A stretch of 64,000 nt of DNA. It comes from Octopus vulgaris (lineage: Eukaryota). The position numbers and the translations under genes are program-made. The notes below the pieces were generated by a model, which worked only from the letters and a program-made list of their open reading frames with translations, was not told where the DNA came from and ran no database searches. The DNA lies in the NCBI GenBank assembly GCA_951406725.2, contig OX597818.1:23622001-23686000 (forward strand), written 5' to 3'. Position 1 is the first letter of the stretch. Every line of letters begins with the position of its first letter. Below, piece after piece: positions 52,205 to 64,000 of this stretch.

Positions 52205-53450
52205 TAGTTTTATTTTTATAGCGTGCTTTCACTTCACTACCGAGCACAGCTCTGTGTGCCTTGGGTATGTGCTGTGATTTGTTGTGATGCTCTGATGGTT
52301 ATTGTATGGAAAGTGTTCTGCGTAGGATGTGTGCAGTGCCTAGTAGTGCAATTTTCTGTATGTTATATGTATTCTTAAGTCCTGGTGTTTTTGTTATGTA
52401 TTTGTCTGAATATTTTTTTATCATGCCTAATGCACCTACTATGATAGGAATTGTTTCTGTTTTCAGATTCCACATTCTAGTTACCTCTATTTCCAGGTCT
52501 TTGTATTTTGAGAGTTTCTCCATTTCTTTTAGAGACACGTTGTCATCAGCCGGTATTGATACATCAATTAGAAAGCATTTTTTTCTTCATGATCTCTGAC
52601 AACTATATCTGGTCTGTTGGCCTTAATTTCTCTATCTGTGTGTATCGGCATATCCCAGAGTATGGTTGCTTTCTCGTTTTCTGTGACCTTTTCTGGTGTG
52701 TGCCTATACCATCTTTTTTCTGTTGTTATTCCATAATGTTGGCATAGCTTCCAATGTATGTAGGTTCCAACTCTGTCATGTCTGTGAATATATTCCTTCT
52801 TAGCCAGGACTGGGCAGCTAGAGATAATATGATTTATTGTTTCTTGTCCATCTCCACATATTCTGCAGTTACTTGTAATATTTCTTTTCATTACATGTTT
52901 TTGGTAATTTCTGGTGGGGAGGCTTTGGTCTTGTGCTGCAATTAAAAATCCCTCTGTTTCTGCTTTGAGTCCTGAGCTTCTCAACCATTGCTGGGATTTT
53001 TCTTTGTCTATTTCTTTTGCGTTTAGTTTAGTCCAGTATTTACCATGAAGGGGCTTTTCTTGCCATCGTTTTATCATGGTTCGTTGCTGTTCTATTTTTA
53101 GTTTGGATTTCATTTGTTTTATAGCTTTTGTTGTTTCTTCATCTTCTTCTTCTTCTTCATGTTTATTAGGTGGTATGATTTCTTGTTTGTATTTGTCAGC
53201 TTCCTTAAATACTGAGAACAGTTTTTTGTTTTGCTCGTGTTTTGCCGCTATCTGGATCAGTTTTCCTTCCTTCTGAAGTAGATATTTTTGCAGTCCTATG
53301 GTGGTTATTTTATAGTAGTTTTCCAGCTGTATAAGGCCTCTACCACCTTCTATACGTTGTATATATAGTCTTTCTATGTCAGATTTTGGGTGATGCATCC
53401 TAGATTCTGTCATTATTTTTCTCGTTTTCCTATCTATTTTGGTCAGTTCA
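52203..53450 (-). mobile_element. 5'-truncated R4/Dong-clade non-LTR retrotransposon (CCHC finger plus restriction-like endonuclease)
   Basis: ERLYI...GGRGL, LHGKY, ETEGFLIAAQDQSL, CRICG...ETINHIISSC, RHDRV, RPDIVV and EKLSKYKDL, with one frameshift near 52575. Embedded in (TAA)n on both sides. Confidence 0.9.
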
Positions 53451-53753
53451 TTATTATTATTATTATCTGGTCAGTTATTATTATTATTATTATTATCATT
53501 ATTATTATTATCAGATTTGGTTCAGATTTGTAGAATCATTAGAGTCTTTGCAAGACTAATGATACCTGAGTCACTACATCTCATAGAAATACTGAGGTTG
53601 TTGGAGTTTATGTCATTATCAACCTTTAATTCATTTGATACTGACCTACATGAGACTGACCTTCGTTCTATGATAAAAACTTCATCTTTTAAAGTGATCC
53701 ATATTAAAAGCCCTCCATTAAAAATTTCATACTAATTTATATTTTAAGTGTCA

Positions 53754-53977
53754 CCCTTTTGTTACTAACCCGGCCAAAACTGGCTCTGGCTTTGTGGTAA
53801 AATGTCTTGTTTTCATAAGTTTTGAATTAAAATATTCCACCAAACCTTAGTCACAATTCATGTTCCTAACACTAACTTAATGATAACTAAGTTATTTTAC
53901 TAAATTCTTTGTTATATTTAAAATAATTCAAAGAAACACAGAGCATCTCAAAATAAATACAGTAACAAAAGGGTTAA
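53754..53977. mobile_element. piggyBac-like MITE
   Basis: CCCTTTTGTTACT ... AGTAACAAAAGGG|TTAA terminal inverted repeats. Confidence 0.55.
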
Positions 53978-54499
53978 TAATGACACAGTAATTTTAGTAA
54001 ATTTTTTTTAATTATTTTAATAATTAATTAAAACAAAGGTATTATGGCAGTATATTTCAACAGAAATAGTGTAATAAAAGGATTAAAGAGCAAGTAGCAC
54101 TAAGAATATTTATTTGAGATTCTCAGCCATGGTCTTTTGCTTGAAGAATTCTAGGCTACTCCAGGTGATTGATTAGCTGGCTGCTACTTCATTTTATCAA
54201 CTCAAAAAGGATGAATGACAATGTTGAATTCAGTTGGATTTTAACTCAGGACACAAAGGGTTGCGATCAAATGCTGCAAAGCATCTCGTCTAACACTCTA
54301 ATGATTCTATTAAACCACCACTCAATAGGTGTCATAAAAATCCCTTGGCTGTGCAGTGCTTATGTGTCACCAGCACTGGTGCCATTCACTCTGGTAGCAA
54401 CAAATATTTATGAAGATATGATGTAAATCAATGAAAACTTGTGTGCGTGCATGCATGTGTGTGTGTGTATGCTTGAGTGGAAGTTAATATGCAACTAAC

Positions 54500-54718
54500 C
54501 GTTAACACAATAGTACTCAATATATGATTCACCAAACACTTGTGTTATGTCACATGTATGATTGGTGCCACAGTGTTCTTGAACAGGTTCCAGCAAAACG
54601 CCATCAGCTTGAACGTCTGAAATGAAAATCACATGCTTGTCTCCACAGTTGATATCACTACCATTTTCAGAGATCCTGGCTGCAATGTTGAGACTTAGAA
54701 TCTGTTTTGCACAATCAC
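54500..54718 (-). CDS. Most 5' identified exon: SUEL (galactose/rhamnose-binding lectin)-like Cys-rich domain
   Basis: Acceptor CTTTTACAG, 219 bp, phase 1->1, donor GTTAGT. Encodes DCAKQ...INCGDKHVIFISDV...VQEHCGTNHTCDITQVFGESYIEYYCVN. The domain call is by eye only. Confidence 0.75.
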
Positions 54719-54767
54719 CTGTAAAAGATTAAAAGTAAAAAGAAAAATTATTGAATTTCAGAGAAAA

Positions 54768-54987
54768 TATGAGGGGGTGCTGAAAAGAGATTGGCTTTGG
54801 GTAAAAGAAAATACAGGAGGATCAATCAATTATGATTTTATTCAAAATATTCCCCTCTCAGGTTCACACACTTATTGCAGTGATCCTTCAGTTTTTCTAA
54901 GCCTTCTAAAAGAACTCAGAAAGTTGGGCCTCCAACCAGGTCTTTTGCAATACCCTTAAAGCTAGGAACTTTCCAGCACCTCTTTAT
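54768..54987. mobile_element. Mariner-derived MITE
   Basis: TA|TGAGGGGGTGCTGAAAAG ... CTTTCCAGCACCTCTT inverted ends. Confidence 0.55.
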
Positions 54988-57091
54988 ATATTGGGACAAG
55001 TTGATGTGAAATACTATAAGATAAAATTCAGTATTGTGAAATGAGTTATTTGTTAGCCTTGGGCCAATGCTGATACAACTAATCTCTGATCTAAAAAAAT
55101 TCCAATTGTAAATATTACAGACTTCTGAAAAATACCTACATTTACATTATCTAATATATTTTTTACTTTTTCGAATCCTCTTATTGCAGAAATCAGATAT
55201 CTCTATTCAAAGTTTCATAATCTTTAATTTCAGAAAGTAGTTTTATATACTGATCTATCTTTTGTTGATGAATGTCAGGTTTGAAATAATTTTTTGTTGA
55301 GCTATGTCAAGTTCATTGAGGCAATATAACTTGCAGAAAATACCAATTTAATTTTTTGCTTTTTGGGGGGTGGGGGGTGGGGGCAGAGTGTCGATATTTA
55401 ACATCATTACTGGAATGACCATCGAGTTTAATATCACAGTTAAAAATTTAAATGGTGGGTTGAGATTTCAGGTGGATTCAACTATTATTTCCAATAGGTT
55501 GAGCACTAATTTAGGGTCTCTCTTATTGGCTCATAACAGCATGGTGAGTTAACAAAAATGGTAGAACACCAGACTAAATACTTTTCAATATTTATCAACC
55601 CATGCCTGCATGGAACATTGACATTGAATTGTGGTGGTGGTAGTGGCGGTGGTGGCGGCAGCAGCGGCAGTGGCGGTATAACTTCATACATCTACTTTCA
55701 AAATTTGTCATATCAATTTGCCTTTCTATTCTCTCGGAGGAATGTGAGAAGGGGTAAATGAAGTTGACTCTAGGTAATATACCAAAGACTATTCCACCCT
55801 TTCCCAACAAAAATTTGACACAAACACTTGGAAAAGAAAAGAATCAGTCTCTCTATATAAAAACAACTGGCCACTAGAGAATTATAGAAAACAAGTTGAA
55901 GTTATTTCAGGTTAATAATATTTAGATAACATTCAAGATAAGAAAAGAAGTGGGCTAACAGTAAATTAACTATGGGATATAAACTGAGGGTTTTTTAAAT
56001 AAACATTAAGGGACCCTTCAAAAAATAGAGGGAAGTACATGCTAAAGCATTTTTAAAGGGACTGTTTTAAACAAAAACTCCAGGACTCCAAATTTAATCT
56101 CACAAACATCTGTGATTCAATTTAGCTAAAGACAAAGATAACTCTTTGGGAATATAGTTCTCAAGTTACTTCTATTGCTTTGAATTTTGTTTCCATATAG
56201 TTGTAGTTCCTGGAGGAATGTTGAAAGAGGTACAAATTGGCATAACTAATTGAATGAGAGTGAGAGGGGAGAGAGACAGAGGGAGATATAGAGAAAGGTT
56301 AACTTTTTTACTACAGAAATAAGACATATCCATTCAAATTTTCATTATCCTTTGTTGAAGATTGTCATGTTTGAAGCTATTTTTTGCTAAGATATGTCAT
56401 GTTTATTGAAGCAGTATAATTTGCAGAAAATATAAATTCTATTTTTTGGTAGATATCTAACACCATGATGTGATTGCAATATAAACTTTCACCTGTTTCT
56501 TTGGTTGGTATGCCAAAGAAACAAATGAATATTTCAAATTGGTGGAGATTTCAAAGTTAAAAGAGACAGAAGTAGAGCTAATATAATGGTGGTTAATCCC
56601 ATAAACCTATTTGGTTATCTGGACACTACTGAAGATCTTATCTTCAGGTAGCGATTTAAGGGTTGTTTCCCATTGCCTTATGCAGACCCTTATCTCAGTT
56701 ATATATCATCAGTTTACTTTAGTTTGCTGAATTTGACTTGTTTAACCATTTAAAATTTCACTTTTAATTCTTCATTTTTTGCCTCATGTTTCTCCTCCAA
56801 CTCAAACACAAACAAATTTAGTGGAATACAGTTTTTGTTATGATAAATACACACACAAATATGTATATATATTCTTATTTTATACTTATTGTTTCCTTCT
56901 GGTATAAGCAACATACAACACTTGACAAGGTACCACAACAGTTGTAACTGATCATAAAAGATGCGCTAAACTCTTTCTTTGACTTCTTATTTTGATTATA
57001 TATAAATATATAACATGTGATCTCTTGAGCACCACCAGCAAAAAAATTTTTTTCCTCTGTCTTCCCTTCTCGGGATCTTTCCTTCTCCTTT

Positions 57092-57126
57092 GTTTCCGAC
57101 GAAGAGCTCCACTCGAAACGTTAAAC
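57092..57126 (+). ncRNA. Minimal hammerhead-like motif (U4C core variant) in a short PLE-type repeat
   Basis: GTTT-CCGACGA-A-GAG-ctcca-CTC-GAAAC-GTT-AAAC. Confidence 0.5.
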
Positions 57127-57238
57127 CCTCCTTCCCTTCTTTCCTGAGCGTCAAATAATACTTTACTTGTTCCACGTCCTCGCATTGCTGTGTTTTTTTC
57201 TGTGTTTTCTTGTTTGGATTAACTATATATATATATAT

Positions 57239-57276
<38 letters not shown>

Positions 57277-57320
57277 AATGTCTCTATCTAACTTAGCTTT
57301 GAATTATCATAGCAAATATA

Positions 57321-58582
57321 TCAGGTCATCCCATAAGTTCTGTCCAAATTTTGCATAAAGAAAACAAGTGATCAAATGTTATATTTAATTGAAATTTAAT
57401 CATCAATGTGCTTTCCCTGATTATCTATGACTTCCTTCCATCTATTTACAAGCTTTTTAATCCCATCCATGTAAAACTCTTTTGCTTTCAAAGCAAAGAA
57501 CTCTGAAATGTCAGTTTCGACCTCCTCCTGGCTTGCAAAAGTAATGTCACCCAAATGATTCTGTAAACTATGAAACAAATGGTAGTCTGAAGGAGCAAGG
57601 TCTTGAGAATAAGGTGGATGAGGAATTTTTTCCCAACCAAGCTCTTCGATCTTCTGTGATCTTCTTTGCAGTGTGGAGTCGTGCATTGTCCTGATGAAAC
57701 ATCACTCCTTTTCGATTCACTAAAGTGGGTCTTTTTTTCTTCAAAGCTTGGTTCAAACGCTCTAATTGCTTGAGCATTGATTGTTGCATTAGGTGGTAGC
57801 AATTCAAAGTTAATTACTCCTTTGCAATCCCACCAGATAGAGAAAAGAACCTTTTTCCCATAAGTTCCCTTCTCGGTTGTGGTTGAGCTTTTTCCCTTTT
57901 ACCAAATCACTGTTTACAACGTTTAACATTTCGATAGAACATCCATTTTTCGTCACCAGTCACAAGTCCATCCAAAAAGGGTGAAATGAATTCACGAGAA
58001 TGAAAAGAAGAGCAGATGTCAACTCGGGATTTGTGGTTGCTTTCAGACAATTCATGAAGCACCCATTTTTCAAGTTTAAGAATCATTCCAAGTTGTTGAA
58101 GATGACAATGAACAGTTGTATGGTTTGAACTAAGCTTTATTGCCAATCCTTCAACTGATAATGCAGGATTTTCTTCAAGTAATGCCTCAAGGAGCTTATC
58201 ATCAAACTCAACTGGACGTCCTGTTTGATCTTCATCTTCAAGGCTGAAATCTTCACTTCTGAATTTTGCAAACCATCTTCCGCAAGTTGTTTCATTCAAG
58301 CATTCTTTCCCATAAACTGAGTGTATGTTTCGAGTCACTTCAGCTGCAGAGTTTCCTTTTTTGTACTCATAAAAGCATTATGTGCCTCAAATGCTCTTTG
58401 GATACTTCCATGTTAGAAAGGGTTTTAATCAAAGAAATTTTAATTCTATTATTCTGTAAAGTAATATTTAATTAGTTTAAATGTATACAAATGCATAAAA
58501 ATAATTTTTAATTCCACTAGACATTCTAAAATACTGTTAAATTTCATTCAATTTTAGAAAAGGTAAAATCGGACAGAACTTC
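57321..58582 (-). mobile_element. Near full-length decayed mariner element
   Basis: RWFAKFRSEDFSLEDE..TGRP, VTGDEKW, FHQDNAR, HPPYSQDLAPSDYHLF. One full TIR and one partial TIR (GGACAGAACTT). Confidence 0.92.
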
Positions 58583-61085
58583 CAATATCATAGGAAGAAA
58601 GGAAGATGGGGAAAAGAAAGAGAAAGGAAAATGAAATTACATACTGCATAAATGCCAATATCCTTCAAAATCAATTAGACTTAAAGGAAAAAGAAATATT
58701 AGGGAAGTAGTCCAGATGTTGCTAGATCAGACATGCATGTGAGACTAACTTTGGTATACTTTCTTGGAGTTGCTAGACAATAAGCAAGAAACTGATGAAG
58801 AAGAATTTTAATATATCAAGCAGCATGGGTTTTGTCTCTAGAAGAACTAGCACTGATTGATTCAGACATACAAGCAATATTGAAATAAGGAGAGAAAATG
58901 AATAAGTAAGGAAAATAAAATGGAGTCATACATAAGCGCCAAAACAAGGAGAAATTTATCAAGAGTAAGAGAAAATATTAAAAAGATTCCAATGCATGCA
59001 TGAAAATAATGATGAAAGCTTGAAGTAACAAAGAGAAGATGCAAACATGCCATGTGCAAAGAGAAGAGAAACAGAACAAACAAGATGGAGTAGGATAAAA
59101 AACAATATGGGTTTCTGAATGGAACCTCCATTGACTGAAATTTTGGAAGTTTGTCAAATATTACATCATCAGCTGTCAAACATTCTACATCAGCTGTAGA
59201 AATGACATCACTGGTGCCAAGCTGTATCAGCCTTTGCCTTTTCCTTGAAAAATATCGGTGGTGTGGAGAGAAGAGGCTGGTATGCGTGGGTGACTGTTGG
59301 TCTTCTATAGACAACCCTGCCTGGACCTGTGCCTTGAAGGAGAATTTCTTGGTGTAATCTTATGGTCATTCATAACTGAAGGGGTTCTTTACCCTTTTAC
59401 ATTTGACAGAGTAATCTGAATGCTAAAGGTTTAAATAACTACAGTTTCAACTGGAATATATATCTTCTTGAAAACCCAGAGTATTACAGTGTTTCTGCTT
59501 GCGAAGACCTGTTGAGGCAAGTGAAATTGAAATCAAATTAAATGACTTGCATCCATGCTAGTGGAGCACTAAGGGCACCATTCGAGTGTGATCGTTGCCA
59601 GAGCAGCTAACTGGCGTCCGTGCGGGTGGCACATAAAAAGCACCATTCAAGCGTGATCGTTACCAGCATCACCTTACTGGCACTTGTGCCAGTGTGCAGG
59701 TGGCATGTAAAAAAAAAACACCATTTGGGCATGGCTGTTGCCAGTACCACCTGATTGGCCCTCGTGCCAGTGGCACGTAAAAGCACCCACTACACTCTTG
59801 GAGTGGTTGGAATTAGGAAGGTCATCCAGCTGTAGAAACTCTGCCAGATCAAGATTGGAGCCTGGTGCAGCCATCTGGTTCACCAGTCCTCAGTCAAATT
59901 GTCCAACCCATGCTAGCATGGAAAGCAGACGTTAAATAATGATGATGATGATGATGATGATCAAGACCTCAGTAATCATTATCAGCTGACAATTTTTTCA
60001 ATGTGAAAAAAAAAAAAGAACTTGTCTGTAGCAGTTTGTTGAAGATTTCTTCTACCTCTGTACTTTACATCAAAAAATTCTTTATTTTGCAAAGGATGCC
60101 TTGATATACAGTGAAATGAAATGCTTCAAAACTGTATTCATTGCTTGAAAGAAAAATGCTGCAGACCAAAGTCATCATGATCACTATCATTGTTGTAGTC
60201 ATCATCATCATCAGCAGCAGCAGCCATTCAAGAATTTGGACCTGGAGATCTCCATTTCCAGCGACTTCGAGGGCCACCTCCCAGTGGTGTCAGCCGTCAA
60301 TGAAGAGCCCTCGACTACAACAAGATGACCAAAGTTTTTTTTTTTTTCCAAGGTCTGGGGTCTCCTGCTCCTAAGCCCTAGACCATCACCTAATCACCCT
60401 TACCCATCTTGTTGCTTAACAGCAACAACAACAGCAGCAGCAGCACCATCACTGTCAATGTTGTAGCTGTCTTCATCATCATCATTATAATTATCATCAT
60501 CATCATCATTGTCACCCGTCGTCATCATCATCACCATTATTCTATTTAACCATTATTATTTTGATACCAATTTTTAAAATTTTTGCCATGCTGGCATAAT
60601 GTTGAATAAGTGTCTATAAAATGTTATAGATATAGAATATCTCCCTTAATCTCAATCTTCAAGCCTACATTCTTAATCTAACACTAACACTCCCTTGTGG
60701 GTATATTTTGATTCGCCTCCACCATGATCACACTTACTCACTCACCATCAGTTCATTAAGTGCTTATTTAACCCAGCATATATCAACTGTTTACATTCTG
60801 TTCAGTTAACATAAATAGGCACAAACATAGTCATGCAGTGAAGAAGTTTGCTTTCCAAATACATAGTTTGGGATTCAGTCTCATTGTTTAGCATCTTGAG
60901 CTTCTGCCATAATCTTGGGCTAATTTATGCTTTATGAGTGAATCTGATAGAGAGAAACTGTGTGTGTGTGTGAGTGTGTGCATGTATGTGTCAGTGGACA
61001 TGTGTGTGCATGTGTCGATGGGTGTGTATGTATGTGTGTGTGTATGTGCATGAGTGTGTGCATGTGTGTTCGCATGTGCAGATGG

Positions 61086-61116
<31 letters not shown>

Positions 61117-61637
61117 TGCGCATATGTACATGTATGTATCTTTCAATGCTCGACATCCCTTTAACTTAATGGTTCTGCAATAAGAGACTAATAGATCAAG
61201 TATCAGGCATAAAAAAAGTACTGGAGTTATATGAAAATAAGAAAATAATGGAGGTGATAGATATCTAATCAGAATAACAAGGTCAGATGAGATATCTTGA
61301 CCACAAAGAACAACCAGATCAAACAGAAAAAGAATCAGCCCTTTTAGGCATCTCTTACAACATGTAGGGTCATGGTTCATGTGTCTGTGTGTGTGTGTGT
61401 ACTTTATTATCAAAACTGCAAGAATATCACAAAAATCACAATATAACTTTAATATTGTTCCATTCTCAATCAAAACTGTCAAACGAATGGGAACATGAAA
61501 CTCTGAGTAGCAGTTTTTGTGATTTTTGTGATGTTTTCGTGGCTTTAATAATAAAGCATATTACCCTACCCCCGGTATTCGAGTACTATTTTTTTCCCAC
61601 CTTGTTTCACATTTATGTGCTTACTTTGGTATATATA

Positions 61638-61720
<83 letters not shown>

Positions 61721-63399
61721 TCATGGAGTGGTTGGTGTTAGGAAGGGCATCCAGCCATAGAAACATTGCCAGATCAGACTGGGCCTGGTGCAGCCTTCTG
61801 GCTTCCCAGACCCCAGTTGAACCATCCAACCCATGCTAGCATGGAAAGCGGATGCTAAACGATGATATATACATGTGTATATGTGTGTGTCTATGTTTAT
61901 GTTTGTATTTGAGAAGATGCTGACAAGGGTGGTTTCCTACCCACACTACTTTTGTTGCTTGCTTTTCCTCTTTGATCAGGTGGTCATCTCTCACCTGCCC
62001 TTGTTAAATCTGATCAGATATCTAATCACCTCTTGTCTTTTCCAGTTGTTCTTCATCACCTCAACAGCATCTCTTATGTTCTATTTCCTTACTGTCAACA
62101 TTATTGGTAACTCTGTAGTACAAGCAATTGTACTCAGAGAAATATTCACGGGTACATCATAAGGCAGCTGGAAGTTGATACTAGAAACCACTTCACTTGT
62201 CTAATAGCACTAAACAACCCACTTTTCAAAATGTGTAGCAGGAGATTAAGCTACTTTTATAATATAATTTTTTATTCATTCTACTCTTGTTAATGGAATC
62301 TTATGTATACAGTTGGCCATAAGAGCCTCAGATGAAGGATGTATTGATAACACATCTTGAACTTTTCTACAGAATTACTGTTGCCATCTTTCTTTCATCT
62401 TGGCCTTTATCTCAACGTTCCTCTTGACATCATTTAAAGCTAATATATGGGCCTAGTGAATGAATTTGTAGGTAGTTCTGTCAAATGTATATACATGTAT
62501 ATATGTGTGTGTGTGTGTGTGTGAAAGTGCTTGTGCCTCCTTTGACAGATAGGGTGGGGAAGCATAGATGTGACTAAGACATTTAATAAGCTGTCTCTTG
62601 ATTGGTTGATTTTTTTTTTAACTTCCAATTTCAAATTTAAATTTCATACTCTACTCCTGTATACTGTAACTTTCATTGCCTGTAGAATGGAATCAGCATT
62701 GCTTGACTAGCTTACCAAACTATGCTTGGAGAGATTTTAATTCTGTTTTTTCCCCATTAGTGTTCTTAGTACATATTCCCCTTGTACACACACATGACAG
62801 ACTTGTTTCAATTTCCATCAACCAAATCAGCTCAAGGCTGATGACAGTTAACCAAGGTACCATGTAGTGAGATTGAACCTGAACTATGTGAATGGGAAGC
62901 CAACTTCTTACCACACAGCCATGCCTATGTATAATATAGCATCATCAGTTAATGTCCATCTTCTATGTTGGTGTTTGTGTGTCTGTGTTTGTCCCCCCAA
63001 CATCACTTGACAACCGATGTTTGCATGTTTATGTCCCCCGTAACTTAGCAGTTTGGCAAAAGAGACCAATAAAATAAGTACTAGGCTTACAAAGAATAGT
63101 CCTGAGGTTGATTTGCTCAACTAAAGTTGGTGTCCCAGCATGGCTGCAGTCAAATGAGTGAAATAAGTAAAACAATAAAAGAATATATATATATGATCCC
63201 TCTGTCTGGCACTAGTCACCATGATAGATCGTTAGCCACTACACACTTTTTTTCTCTCCTTGTTTTTTCTGTGTACCTTTCTGTAGAAGAGCGTAGGCTT
63301 GAAACGTAAAAGACTTTTTCTATTCCTGAGCGTTATACTAATACATCTGTTTGTTCTGTACACCACCTGTCTTCGTTTGTTGTCTTTTTCGTAAACTTT

Positions 63400-63526
<127 letters not shown>

Positions 63527-63704
63527 TAGATATATGAGGGATTTCTTTTATCTTTTACTTGTTTCAGTCATTAGACTGCTGCCATACTGGAGCACTGCTT
63601 TTAAGAACTTTTAGTTGAATTAATCAACCCTAGTACTTACTTTAAGCTTTAAGTACTTACTTTAGTCTCATTTGTCAAACTACTAACTTAGTCTGCAATT
63701 TTTG

Positions 63705-64000
63705 TCATGAACAGTAAGTTGGAACAAAGAGCCAATGTGAAATTTTGCATTAAACTTGAGTAGTCTGTTACAGAGACATTGAGCATGCTTCAGCAAGCTT
63801 ATAGAAATGAGACAATGGGCCATACACAATGTTTTGAGTGGTACAGGCACTTCAAAAGCAGAAGAACATCCCTGGAAGACAATGGGTGATCTGAAAGATC
63901 TGTCACAAGAATCATCCCTGGAAATGTGGTATTGTGCATTGAGAATTCATCCCCCAGGGTCAGACCATCAATCAAGAGTTCTACAGTGAAATTTTGAAGT
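63705..64000 (+). mobile_element. Mariner transposase N-terminal relic (runs off the window)
   Basis: MNSKLEQRANVKFCIKL...TETLSMLQQAY, with stops and deletions. Confidence 0.7.

Noticed and set aside
58862-59314. Hydrophobic ORF as the missing signal-peptide exon
   Set aside because: It starts inside a SINE, its hydrophobicity follows from T-rich composition, and I saw no convincing phase-1 donor.

Overview
This is eukaryotic, very AT-rich DNA saturated with repeats. The tRNA-derived SINEs, (TA)n/(TACA)n microsatellites and transposon mix suggest a cephalopod, probably Octopus (inferred from the repeat types, not verified). It holds one spliced protein-coding gene on the minus strand. I could link five phase-compatible exons (54718->33918, at least 585 aa; the first exon was not found). 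They encode a single-pass membrane protein with a Cys-rich, SUEL-lectin-like ectodomain and a long tail rich in tyrosine motifs. The rest is transposon debris: two Ty3/Gypsy relics, five mariner relics, a hAT fragment, RTE and R4/Dong LINE fragments, Helitrons, Penelope-like (PLE) fragments, many SINEs and a truncated tRNA-Glu. The most notable signal is a set of hammerhead ribozyme (HHR) elements. The main one is a near-identical ~491-bp tandem array (10997-13110). Each full unit has a type I HHR with an unusually large stem-II insertion, and the array ends in an inverted copy, as expected for a retrozyme-like, circRNA-producing element. A second, different insertion (2263-2711) has a 13-bp target duplication, a fold-back and a canonical minimal HHR. 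Several more variant or decayed HHR motifs are scattered through the window. Nearly all short ORFs in the supplied track are microsatellite or SINE artefacts.
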